A stretch of 64,000 nucleotides of DNA from Desulfatiglandales bacterium. Lineage in GTDB: Bacteria > Desulfobacterota > DSM-4660 > Desulfatiglandales > Desulfatiglandaceae. Made by a program: the position numbers and the translations under genes. Below are positions 18,229-27,519 of the stretch, in pieces (the first letter of the stretch is position 1; every line of letters starts with the position of its first letter). The notes under the pieces were generated by a model, which saw only the letters and a list, made by a program, of their open reading frames with translations, ran no database searches and was not told where the DNA came from. The DNA is taken from contig OY759599.1 in NCBI GenBank assembly GCA_963662465.1, forward strand, positions 7,904,001 to 7,968,000, in the 5' to 3' direction.

Positions 18229-19356
18229 TCAGATTAAACCTTTCTCTTTTAATTTTTTGAAAAGGGAACCTCCCTGGTTCATGCTGTTGATGACAACAGA
18301 CGAAGTGATGGTTGCGGATGTAACAGCATCGACCTCGGAATCAAATGGCAAAGGATTGAAAACGTACTTTCCAACAACCTGTTGTCGCATTTTTTGGATG
18401 TCTTTTTCATCCCAGGGCTCGTTGCCGTACTTGGTCAATTCCAAAGGGATAAAATCCAGCACCTTTCCGGTATGATCGAAAATATAGATAAAGTGCGTAT
18501 CATGACAGAGATCGCAAGGGATTTTTCGGCTCACGACCCGTGCAAAAAGCCTAATTTCCGAAGTGCCCTTATGCTCTTTGCTGGTGTATAAGATCTCATC
18601 CTTGTCAAGGTCCACCTGTTTGATGCTCGTAAACCCATCGGCATGTTTGAAAAACGCCTGCACAATCTCCGCAAGCAGTTTCGTTTCCGGAAACGGTGTG
18701 TCCGGATGATCCGATTTGATCGCGGTTGCTTCAGCCCTTATTTGAACGGTCGGAACGTCTTCCTTTAAAAGGGATTGAATGTTATCATAAATTTGCTGGT
18801 AATCCTCATTGAATCCTAAATGGGCGCCGGCGATGATACCTCTGTTATTTTCGTGATCAATCTTCACGTACATCGCCAGGGGCGTCGGTGTTCTTCCAAT
18901 AGCGTCATATAACTTATATTCCGGATCTTCAATCACCGGGTAGGGAACCTTGAAGTGCTTCCTGTACAATTGGATATACTTGTCCTGATTGCCTGAGGCA
19001 ATGGATATTATTTTGATTTTTCCCTGAATATGGGGGTTTGCCTCTATCAATTCGTACAGTTTGTTGTATGCGGGGACCTGTTTTCGACAGCTGCCGCAAT
19101 TGATATTCATGATTTCGACCAGAACCAGGTCCGCTTTGAGGTTTTTCAGATGAAAAGTGGGGTTCCCCTTTGTTTCCAGGTATTCGGAATCTTTGGGGTC
19201 TCTGGACATTTTCAGGGGTAAGTCTGGAAAAAGATTCCCTTTCCGAAGGACAGCGTTCCGGCTGGAAAAAGCGTCGGCGAAATAACCTGAAAGGCCCGGG
19301 AGAATAATTATTCCGAAGAAAAAGACTGGCAGTATATGACGAATCCATTTTTGCAT
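18229..19356 (-). CDS. Exported redoxin (TlpA/AhpC-like) fused to a CxxCH and FMN-binding-like domain
   Basis: N-terminal hydrophobic segment; CGSC thioredoxin-fold motif; CDLCH; VDAVTSATITS. Confidence 0.7.
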   Translation of the reverse strand: MQKWIRHILPVFFFGIIILPGLSGYFADAFSSRNAVLRKGNLFPDLPLKMSRDPKDSEYLETKGNPTFHLKNLKADLVLVEIMNINCGSCRKQVPAYNKLYELIEANPHIQGKIKIISIASGNQDKYIQLYRKHFKVPYPVIEDPEYKLYDAIGRTPTPLAMYVKIDHENNRGIIAGAHLGFNEDYQQIYDNIQSLLKEDVPTVQIRAEATAIKSDHPDTPFPETKLLAEIVQAFFKHADGFTSIKQVDLDKDEILYTSKEHKGTSEIRLFARVVSRKIPCDLCHDTHFIYIFDHTGKVLDFIPLELTKYGNEPWDEKDIQKMRQQVVGKYVFNPLPFDSEVDAVTSATITSSVVINSMNQGGSLFKKLKEKGLI

Positions 19357-19527
19357 GGGCGAATGCCTTGCCGGTTTATGGGATCGTGATGTTTACAGGT
19401 GAAAAACTTGGGAAAAACAGCGACTGCAATCCATGGGGAGGACAAATCCTGCTTTTCCATGGATTACGGCCGCTGCGGGTAGAATGCCGAATCAAAACCG
19501 GCGGGTTGTCGACCTCCGATTTTTCAA

Positions 19528-19959
19528 CTATTGTACCTGGATTTCCCCTTTACCCTTGATGCCGCCAGGGGTTTCGACGGTGTATTTATAGGTGCCTTTT
19601 TCGTTAAATCGCAGACTGGTTGTTCCACCCAGTTTAATCCAGGTGGTGACGTAACAGTTTTTTGAGTCCATTTTGAAGCCGGTTTCCGCATCCGAGACGT
19701 CATCGCAGACCTTACCTTCTTCGAATATTATCTTTACCTCATAAGCGCGCGCCCAGTTGTTCCAAATTACCACGCTGCCGGGTGAGATGGCCAGGATTTC
19801 AGGTTCCAGACGTATGCCTTTGACATTATAGCTTTCGCCTCCCATGATTCGGACGATTCGCGCTTCCGATGCGTTGACTGTCTCTTGGTTCACCAGAATG
19901 GCGCTCAGGCAGAATACGAAAAGTACTCCCATAAAAGTTGTTATTGCTTTTTTGCTCAT
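19528..19959 (-). CDS. Exported cupredoxin-like protein
   Basis: Signal peptide; LEPEILAISPGSVVIW.N and F.EKGTYKY; type-1 copper ligands not evident. Confidence 0.6.
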   Translation of the reverse strand: MSKKAITTFMGVLFVFCLSAILVNQETVNASEARIVRIMGGESYNVKGIRLEPEILAISPGSVVIWNNWARAYEVKIIFEEGKVCDDVSDAETGFKMDSKNCYVTTWIKLGGTTSLRFNEKGTYKYTVETPGGIKGKGEIQVQ

Positions 19960-20005
19960 AAAGGCCTCCTTAAATTGAGATTCAATAAACTTTCCTTAAA
20001 TTGGA

Positions 20006-20034
20006 AATATAGGTGATTTCTATTTATTCGTCAA
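20006..20034 (-). promoter_or_regulatory. Sigma70-type promoter candidate
   Basis: TTGACG-N17-TATATT upstream of the cupredoxin-like gene. Confidence 0.45.
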
Positions 20035-20235
20035 CGAAAACATGGGAAAATCCGGTAAGCATACCCTTCCATTAGCGTCTGTTAATTGGATCAACCTAAT
20101 CCGGTAGATTGGGTGACAGGTGAAGTTTTCTATGGTAAGAACTGTATCAGGGTTTGATTTTGATTAATTTATGAGAATCAAAAGGGGGGTTTTAAACTCT
20201 TTTTAAGCGGGTATTTGAAAGGAACCAACTGAGCC

Positions 20236-21147
20236 ATGTCAAAACCCCTTTCACAAAACAGCGGGAAAATTTCCGTTTTTCTGCCCTATGCCCTGTTGCT
20301 GGTCCCGCCCCTGTGCTGGGCCGGCAACGCCGTGCTGGCACGCGGCGTCGTGGATGTGGTGCCCCCCATCAGCCTCGCCTTCTGGCGGTGGTTCATGGCT
20401 TTTGCCATCCTGTTCCCTTTCGCTCGCCGTCAGGTGAAGCAGGATTGGAAAATGGCCATGCAGTCCTGGAAATGGTTGCTGCTGCTCTCTTTTCTGGGGA
20501 TTTCCTGCTTTAATTCGCTCCTTTATACGGCGGCTCACACTACCACCGCCATCAATGTGGCGCTGATGCAGACCGCCATGCCGGCCATGATCATTTTGAT
20601 ATCATGGGTGGCTTTCAGGGAAAAAATTACGCCTGTCCAGGTGGTGGGGGTCATGGTCTCCATGGTGGGGGCCGGCCTTATTGTAATTCATGGGCAATGG
20701 CAAATCCTGTTGTCCATGTCCCTGGTTGAAGGCGATGTGTTGATGCTCATTGCCGTGTTTCTTTATGCCCTTTATTCGGCCCTTTTGAGAAAGCGCCCGC
20801 CCATTCATCCCCTGAGCCTCCTGGCATTGACCTTCGGGTGGGGGACCTTGATGCTGTTGCCTTTCTACCTCTGGGAACTCATGGTGGTGGGGTCTTTTGC
20901 CGTCAGTTTTGCCGCCATTATGAGCATTCTCTATGTGGCCCTGTTTCCTTCGATTATTGCTTACTTCTGCTGGAATCGGGGCATTGAACTGATCGGGGCC
21001 AACCGGGCCGGATTATTTACTTATCTGATTCCTTTTTTTGCCTCGGTAATGGCCATTCTTTTCCTGGGAGAAACGCTGCGCGGATATCATGTGATTGGGA
21101 TGGCCCTGATTTTTGGTGGGATGGTGATATTCAACCGCAGGGGTTAA
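20236..21147 (+). CDS. EamA/DMT-family transporter
   Basis: About 10 TM helices; WAGNAVLAR, PPISLAFWRW, WNRGIELIGANRAG. Confidence 0.92.
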   Translation: MSKPLSQNSGKISVFLPYALLLVPPLCWAGNAVLARGVVDVVPPISLAFWRWFMAFAILFPFARRQVKQDWKMAMQSWKWLLLLSFLGISCFNSLLYTAAHTTTAINVALMQTAMPAMIILISWVAFREKITPVQVVGVMVSMVGAGLIVIHGQWQILLSMSLVEGDVLMLIAVFLYALYSALLRKRPPIHPLSLLALTFGWGTLMLLPFYLWELMVVGSFAVSFAAIMSILYVALFPSIIAYFCWNRGIELIGANRAGLFTYLIPFFASVMAILFLGETLRGYHVIGMALIFGGMVIFNRRG

Positions 21148-23369
21148 CCCCCTTTTGTGATATCCAGGCGCAGGCTGCAACGCAAACACCGACTGGCCTC
21201 TTTGAGGGCCATCTCTTCTGAAAATCCCAGTTCCACCTGCTCAAAATTATTCACTCGCTTCTCAATGGGGAGGATGGGCATGGGCATCCTTTTAATCAGA
21301 AATTGATCTCCCTGTTCCAATTGCGGCGATAGTTTTGAAGAATTGAAGGCGCCCAAATCGATGATGTCGCAGCCGCCGAGATAGCAATTTATGGCATTGG
21401 CGGCTTTGGCGCCCATGGCAATGGCGTCCGTTACGGTTTTCGGGCCGCTGACGGCATCCCCGGCGGCGAAGACCCCTTCCCGTTGGGTCATAAAGGTTTC
21501 TTCCGAGACCTTGAACCGGCCTTTGGCGTTGGTGTTCGAGCTGAGGGTTGCGGGGATTTCGGGGTATTGGCCGATGGCGATCAGCACGGAATCCGTCTCA
21601 AAGGAAAATTCAGAACCTTTGATGGCTTTGGGACGGGGTCTGCCGCTGGCATCGGGCCTTTTGAGTTTGTATCGAAGGCATTGGATTCGAATGCCGGCAT
21701 CCGTTTTTTCAAAAAGGGTCGGTGATGCCAGATACTTGAATTGAATGCCTTCTTCCGCCGCCAGCTGAATTTCTTCGGGATGGGCGGGCATTTCGTTTAT
21801 GGATCGGCGGTAAACCACGGTGACCTCTTTTAAACCCAGACGTTTTGCTGTCCGTGCGGCATCCAGGGCCACATTGCCGCCCCCGATGATGACAACCCTT
21901 TCACCCAAAAAGACCTCTTTGCCCAAATTGATATGGCGAAGAAATTGAACGGCCCCCTGGACCCCGGGAAGGGTTTCGCCTTCGACGCCGAGGGATGTTT
22001 CCCCATGAGCGCCGATGGCCATTAAAACGGCGTCGAAGCCCTGGTCGAGGAGGTGATCAACGGATGTTACCAGGTGATCGGGGACGAACTCAACGCCCGT
22101 TTGGCGGAGTTTCAAAATTTCAGCGTCCAAAATCTTTTCCGGAAGGCGGAACCGGGGAATCCCGGAAAGGGGCATGCCGCCAGGTCTGTTTAAGGAGTCA
22201 AAAACAGTGACGTCGTGCCCACCGTGTTTTCGAAGGTAATAGGCGGCGGAAAGTCCCGCGGGCCCTGATCCCACTACGGCGACTTTCTTGTTTGAAACCA
22301 GACTGGGGGGTGTTTCCGCTTTATTTTCGGCATGTTCCACAACGAATCGTTTCAGCGCTTTTATGGCAACGGGTTCGTCCATATCCCCGCGTCTGCATGC
22401 TGTTTCGCAGGGATGGGTGCAGATGGTTCCGCACAGGGATGCAAAGGGGAGTTTTCTTTGAATAACGGTAAGAGCCTCATCGTACTTCCGCTGCGTAATG
22501 GCGTGAATGTAGCCCGGTATATCAATTTGTAAAGGGCATGCGGCCATGCAGGGGACGATGGCTTTCTTTCGCTCATCTTCCTTTAAGGTCGGTTTCCATT
22601 TTTCCGTTTTATCCACCAGTGCGCCGGTGGGACATACCGCTACGCACCCGAAACAGAAATGACAACCGGAGGCTTGAAAGGTTTCGGCTTTGGCGCCGGC
22701 AACGGCTCTGCCGCCCTGCATTACATATCCAAGGGCATTGATGCCGCGGACCTCTTTGCAGAACCGAACGCAGCGGGTACATCCCACACAGAGATTCGGG
22801 TCAAATTCAAAAAAAGGGTTGTCGCCAATGGGTGAAAATTCAATGGGGTCCCTGGGAATTGTGATGCCGATCATGCCCACATGGTCGGCGATGCGGATCA
22901 GCTCGCAATCGCCATACCCGGGACAGGCCACGCATCGGTCCGGAACATTGGCGCTTCTCACGCAGACGCCGAAGGGTGGACATCGTGGATCGCGATCGCA
23001 GGTGATGCAGATGTTGGGATGGCGCCCCAGGATCTCCTTGAGCCTGTCCTTTCTTTTTTGTTTTATTTCATCGGTTTGGGTAAAGACCGTCATGCCGCTT
23101 TCTACAAGGGTTTGACAGGCTCTCACCGGTGAATCCTGTCCCTGAATCTGAATCAGGCACAGGTTGCATGCCCAATTCGGATCCAGGGTATTATCGTTAT
23201 AAACTTTTTTTTGTCCATGATACACGAATGCATCGGGGGCCACATCCGTTGCGGGCACATCGGGATGAGAACAGAGAGACGGAATGGCGATACCGGCCTT
23301 TCGGGCCGCCTCAAGAAGGGTCGTTCCTTTTTCTGATTGGACTTTCCGTCCATTGATGGTTAGTTCCAT
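21144..23369 (-). CDS. FAD/NAD(P)H oxidoreductase (GltD/PreT-like) with N-terminal 2Fe-2S and 4Fe-4S domains
   Basis: NuoG-like N-terminus (IPSLC, CNLC), CVGCTRCVRFC, PCMAACP..CTHPCETACRR, GSGPAG, GGGNVA, EASRCLRC. Confidence 0.88.
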   Translation of the reverse strand: MELTINGRKVQSEKGTTLLEAARKAGIAIPSLCSHPDVPATDVAPDAFVYHGQKKVYNDNTLDPNWACNLCLIQIQGQDSPVRACQTLVESGMTVFTQTDEIKQKRKDRLKEILGRHPNICITCDRDPRCPPFGVCVRSANVPDRCVACPGYGDCELIRIADHVGMIGITIPRDPIEFSPIGDNPFFEFDPNLCVGCTRCVRFCKEVRGINALGYVMQGGRAVAGAKAETFQASGCHFCFGCVAVCPTGALVDKTEKWKPTLKEDERKKAIVPCMAACPLQIDIPGYIHAITQRKYDEALTVIQRKLPFASLCGTICTHPCETACRRGDMDEPVAIKALKRFVVEHAENKAETPPSLVSNKKVAVVGSGPAGLSAAYYLRKHGGHDVTVFDSLNRPGGMPLSGIPRFRLPEKILDAEILKLRQTGVEFVPDHLVTSVDHLLDQGFDAVLMAIGAHGETSLGVEGETLPGVQGAVQFLRHINLGKEVFLGERVVIIGGGNVALDAARTAKRLGLKEVTVVYRRSINEMPAHPEEIQLAAEEGIQFKYLASPTLFEKTDAGIRIQCLRYKLKRPDASGRPRPKAIKGSEFSFETDSVLIAIGQYPEIPATLSSNTNAKGRFKVSEETFMTQREGVFAAGDAVSGPKTVTDAIAMGAKAANAINCYLGGCDIIDLGAFNSSKLSPQLEQGDQFLIKRMPMPILPIEKRVNNFEQVELGFSEEMALKEASRCLRCSLRLDITKGG

Positions 23370-23424
23370 GGTTGTCGCCTCTGTTGCTCCCGATCTAAAT
23401 GGTTTGCACTTGAACCCCTGGTTT

Positions 23425-24738
23425 TTATCCCTCCAGACTGACGCCGATAACCGGATGTTTCTGCTCGACCATGCTCACCGCGTTTTCAGGGCAAATGGCC
23501 TGGCATAAGCCGCAACCGATGCAATAGCGCGAATCGATAACGAGTCTCAGCGGGTCGGTTTGAATGCTTCTGGCGGAACAGATGCCGTTGGCGCATCGAC
23601 CGCATCGCGTACACAGCCTGTCGTCCACGGTGGCAATAAAATCTTCGTTTCGCCAATCCAGTTCTTCAACGGGTTGAATGTACTTAACGCCCAAGCCGAT
23701 GAAATCCTCCACGCTGCTATATCCCATTTGGTCCATATAATCGGAGAGGAACTTCAGGGCTTCGTTAATGATGCCGGTTCCTTTCCAGAGAAGTCCGGAG
23801 GAGTATTCGCAGATTCTGGCGCCCAGCATCATTGCTTCAACAATGTGTTCAGGCTCCATCAGTCCGCCCACGCCGGCTTGTTCAATGCCCGGTACAAATG
23901 CGGAAATGACACCCAGATTTCGATACAGCAGGAACCGATCCCAGGGTCCCAGGGCCGCGCAAATGGGATTGGCGCTCATTCCCACCCATTTGCCTTTGCC
24001 GCCTTTATAAATATCCGGAGGCCCGCAGGTAATGGGGGCATTGATCCCTGTGATGAATTTCGCGCCTGCTTTCTGAATTTCTTCGGCGAGTCCAATGAGT
24101 CTGGGAAATCCCGTTTCAGGGGTCAGTTTGACGCCCACGGGGATGTTGACGCGATCTACAACCGCCTTGACCACGGGCGCCAGGAGTGCCGGCGAGTCCC
24201 CCAGCAGGCACCCGGCGGCTTCACACATTTCCCCACATTGATAGGCATGAACGGACTTGGCTTCAGTGGCGGGAATGGGGCAGGAGACGTTCATCTCAAT
24301 GATGTCGGCGCCGGCGTCTTCCGCCTCTTCACAGTGGTCAGCCCACCCTTCCGGGTCAGCGCCTGGACCGATCATATTGGCGATGACCGCCACATCATCG
24401 GGCAGATTCTCCCGAAGACGTTCGATCATGTTAAGGCCGGGGTTCAGCCGACACATGATTCTGGCCGCTTCCGTGGCCACCAGGAGTCCTTCCATGGCAA
24501 AGGGCGCTCTCGACCGGACGTTCTGGAACTTCCATGCGGGCGGCTTGTTCCGGGGATGTTCTTCTTCGGGGCAGATAAAAGGTGTATGCACGTATCCCAC
24601 GGCAAGATCCGCATAGCGTCGCAGGTGATCCGTCTCTGCTTTCGAGTCCCCGATGCCTGGGTTCAGAACCGCGTGGGATGCTACGCCAAGGGGGCTTCTC
24701 AGTTTTTTCCCAACAAAAGTAACACTTAAATCCGCCAT
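23425..24738 (-). CDS. Dihydropyrimidine dehydrogenase PreA-like FMN protein with C-terminal 4Fe-4S dicluster
   Basis: DLSVTFVG..LRSPLGVAS, EMNVSCP, VGVKLTP, CTRCGRC..CIGCGLCQAICP. Confidence 0.75.
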   Translation of the reverse strand: MADLSVTFVGKKLRSPLGVASHAVLNPGIGDSKAETDHLRRYADLAVGYVHTPFICPEEEHPRNKPPAWKFQNVRSRAPFAMEGLLVATEAARIMCRLNPGLNMIERLRENLPDDVAVIANMIGPGADPEGWADHCEEAEDAGADIIEMNVSCPIPATEAKSVHAYQCGEMCEAAGCLLGDSPALLAPVVKAVVDRVNIPVGVKLTPETGFPRLIGLAEEIQKAGAKFITGINAPITCGPPDIYKGGKGKWVGMSANPICAALGPWDRFLLYRNLGVISAFVPGIEQAGVGGLMEPEHIVEAMMLGARICEYSSGLLWKGTGIINEALKFLSDYMDQMGYSSVEDFIGLGVKYIQPVEELDWRNEDFIATVDDRLCTRCGRCANGICSARSIQTDPLRLVIDSRYCIGCGLCQAICPENAVSMVEQKHPVIGVSLEG

Positions 24739-25138
24739 GCGTCTTCCTCCATAATTTTAAGGTGGGTCTTCTATGATGACTTTTTTTGAATGCTTTCAGC
24801 ACCATGACGAAATGGATAAAGCATAAAACATACCAAACTGCAGGGTCTCTTTGAGATCGCGTTAACTGTTTGATTTTAAATGATTTAAAATAACGGAATG
24901 TCAAAATGAAATGAAAGGTTTGAAAATTTATTTCAATTTGATGTGGAAAGCTTCTTTCAATGTTCCCCACGTTATGATAGTTGCCCTATGCGTCGGATCA
25001 TGACAAGTTTTCAAAATAGGGTATGGGGTCACCTCTTGATTTGTGATTTGGGAGGCGTTATGGTGTCTTTTATCGGTTGCACACAATATATTTCCCTGCT
25101 ATATGTATATGCCTATATAAATTCAGCAGGGTTGTTTT

Positions 25139-26452
25139 ATGGACATCACGACATTTACCCTTTCGAATCCGTGGCGAACAGGCCGGGACTGGGATGTCCC
25201 GGCTATTGAGAGATCGGTCACCGGCGAACTATTAAAATGGTTGGATGAGCCCGAGATCTTGATTCTTTCCGGGGCCCGCCAAGTTGGAAAAACCAGTGTT
25301 GTTTATCAGCTAATCGACTGGCTCATACGCACCGAAACCGCTAAACCGGAAGATATCTATTACTTCAATCTTGATTTCTCTGGTATTTCCGAATTCCTGG
25401 AAGATCAGGGGCGCTTCCTTCGCTTTCTGGATGTGGAAATGAAGCGAAAGATTTTTGTATTTATTGACGAAGTGCAGCGGCTTCCCCATCCGGGTGTTTT
25501 CATCAAAGCGCTTCAAGACCTGCATCTCCCGATAAAATATATTTTGACCGGATCTTCGTCACTCGATATTCGCACCAAAACACATGAAGCATTAACAGGG
25601 CGGAAACAGGTTTTCCATGTAGAAACGCTCTCGTTTGATGAATATGTGAAGACCATTCCGGCGTTGTCTTCGTTGCCCCTTCTGGATCGCGGGAATTATC
25701 AAGCCTATCTTGGCGCTTTGAATGATGCTCTGCGCGCATACGGTGTCTACGGTGGATACCCCGCCGTGGTGTTAACCTCCGATCCTGAAAAAAAGGCAAT
25801 GCGCCTTCATGAGATTTTTTCCAGCTATCTTGAAAAAGATATCGCTGGATTTTTGAAGGTGGAAAATGTTCCGGCTTTCCGAAAACTAGCTACTTTATTG
25901 TCGGCACAACAGGGGAATCTGGTCAATATAGAAGAACTCAGTTCTACTCTCGGGCTTCACCGTGAAACCGTCACAAGGTATATATACTTCTTGGAGGAGA
26001 CCTTTGTGATAAAACGCCTAACGCCTCTTTTTTCAAACCCTAGAACAGAGTTGAGCAAAATGCCCAAGATTTATTTTGCCGACCCGGGTCTGCGAAATCT
26101 TGCCATCGGCAGCTTCAACGATTTTTACGTACGGCCTGACACCGGTGAGATCGTAGAAGGTATTGTCGCTGCTCATCTTTTCAGGGGTCGTATCTTATCA
26201 AACCGGGTCAATTTTTGGCGGACTAAATCCGGTGCTGAAGTGGATTTCGTCATATCGAGCGCAAAACCGGTTCAAAGTATCGAAGTAAAAGCCGGGATTT
26301 TGAAAAAAGTCTCCATCAGTAGAGGTTATCGTTCATTCCTTTCCAAGTATGGCCCGGAAAAAGCTGTTATTTTGAACAGTACCCTGTGGTCCGAGGCGGA
26401 AATAGCCGGATGCACAGTAGAGGCAATTCCTACAGTTGCGTTTCTGTTGTAG
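25139..26452 (+). CDS. AAA_14/DUF4143 ATP-binding protein
   Basis: GARQVGKT, IDEVQ, TGSSS, YGGYPAV, KIYFADPGLRN, EVDFV..IEVK. Confidence 0.92.
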   Translation: MDITTFTLSNPWRTGRDWDVPAIERSVTGELLKWLDEPEILILSGARQVGKTSVVYQLIDWLIRTETAKPEDIYYFNLDFSGISEFLEDQGRFLRFLDVEMKRKIFVFIDEVQRLPHPGVFIKALQDLHLPIKYILTGSSSLDIRTKTHEALTGRKQVFHVETLSFDEYVKTIPALSSLPLLDRGNYQAYLGALNDALRAYGVYGGYPAVVLTSDPEKKAMRLHEIFSSYLEKDIAGFLKVENVPAFRKLATLLSAQQGNLVNIEELSSTLGLHRETVTRYIYFLEETFVIKRLTPLFSNPRTELSKMPKIYFADPGLRNLAIGSFNDFYVRPDTGEIVEGIVAAHLFRGRILSNRVNFWRTKSGAEVDFVISSAKPVQSIEVKAGILKKVSISRGYRSFLSKYGPEKAVILNSTLWSEAEIAGCTVEAIPTVAFLL

Positions 26453-26469
26453 TCGCCGGACCGCCAACC

Positions 26470-26574
26470 GGGCAGACACACAGGTCTGCCCCTACGGGGA
26501 CATCGCGGTCAATGTCACGCCTGATTTTCCTGGTTATCGCGGTCTTCCGTAGGGGCAACCCCCTGTGGTTGCCC
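26470..26574. repeat. GTAG-family REP pair in inverted orientation
   Basis: GGGCAGACACACAGGTCTGCCCCTAC (26470-26495) and GTAGGGGCAACCCCCTGTGGTTGCCC (26549-26574). Confidence 0.75.
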
Positions 26575-26702
26575 TGTTCGCTTGTTGTTTCCTCAATTTT
26601 GATAACGCAAATCTTCTATAACCCACCGTAAAGATACCGCCGTTCCGGGGATGGAAAATTGTTAAATTTGACATCGCCCATCATTGTTACTACAACAACT
26701 AC

Positions 26703-26981
26703 ATGAAATGGGATGAGGCGAAGCGCATCAAAAACCTGATGAAACACGGCCTGAATTTCAAGGATGCGAACAAGTACTTGAGAGCCCGTTTCGCCTTGAT
26801 GTGGAAACGGTGCGGAATAATGAGCGATGTACACAGTCGTTTGTTTATGTATTTGACCGTCTGGCTGTGTTAACCGTTGTCCATGCCGAAGACGGTGAGC
26901 GTGTTATCAGTTTTCGCACGGCCGGCTGGCCGGGAAGAAAGGGAAGTTTATCATGAGTGGCTTGAAAATGAATTTGAGTAA
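26703..26981 (+). pseudogene. brnT: BrnT toxin pseudogene (two frameshifts)
   Basis: MKWDEAKRIKNLMKHGLNFKDA / VLESPFR..VLTVVH..RVISFR / REEREVYHEWLENEFE* across frames. Confidence 0.8.
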
Positions 26982-27258
26982 ACAGAAAGATACGATTCTC
27001 GCCACAACCGCCGTTCCGCCCAAGGAAGGGGATTTTGTATGGAACGGTAAAGACGAAGACGACCGCCCTTTAAGTAAACAAGAAATGCGGGCAGGTATCA
27101 AAAGAGCCGGTGGACGTCCAAGGCTGAACAAACCAAAAAAGTCAACCACCATCAGGCTAAATGCTGAGGTATTGGATTTCTTCAAGGCCCATGGCAAGGG
27201 GTGGCAAACCAAGATCAACGACGTCCTTCAGGACTATGTGGAATCGACGCGTGGATAA
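26968..27258 (+). CDS. brnA: BrnA antitoxin
   Basis: GGRPRL..KKSTTIRLNAEVLDFFKAHGKGWQTKINDVL. Confidence 0.9.
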   Translation: MNLSKQKDTILATTAVPPKEGDFVWNGKDEDDRPLSKQEMRAGIKRAGGRPRLNKPKKSTTIRLNAEVLDFFKAHGKGWQTKINDVLQDYVESTRG

Positions 27259-27519
27259 AAGGGGGCACAATTTTCTCGTGTTCGGATTTGATTCGGCCGA
27301 TTTTTTCCCATGCGCTGATAATTGAAATGGGGGCTTGATCATCTTTTCGGCCGGAATTGTTGGAATGATGAACCTGTGTGAGAGGGTTCCAACCGGGAAA
27401 AGTCGTGGCGGGACGCCGCTCGCACAGGTTCCGTGCAAAATCAGCAGCCTGATGAAATTTGCGTACGATATTGTTGTTGGTTCAGGGTAGCCGAAGCGAT
27501 GATCAGTGCCCCTTTCCCC

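Noticed and set aside
23560..24729. 389-aa plus-strand ORF
   Set aside because: Antisense shadow of the PreA-like gene; no recognisable motifs.
27371..27430. AACCTGTGTGAG/CTCGCACAGGTT inverted repeat
   Set aside because: Single short hairpin between convergent genes; no evidence of a mobile or RNA element.
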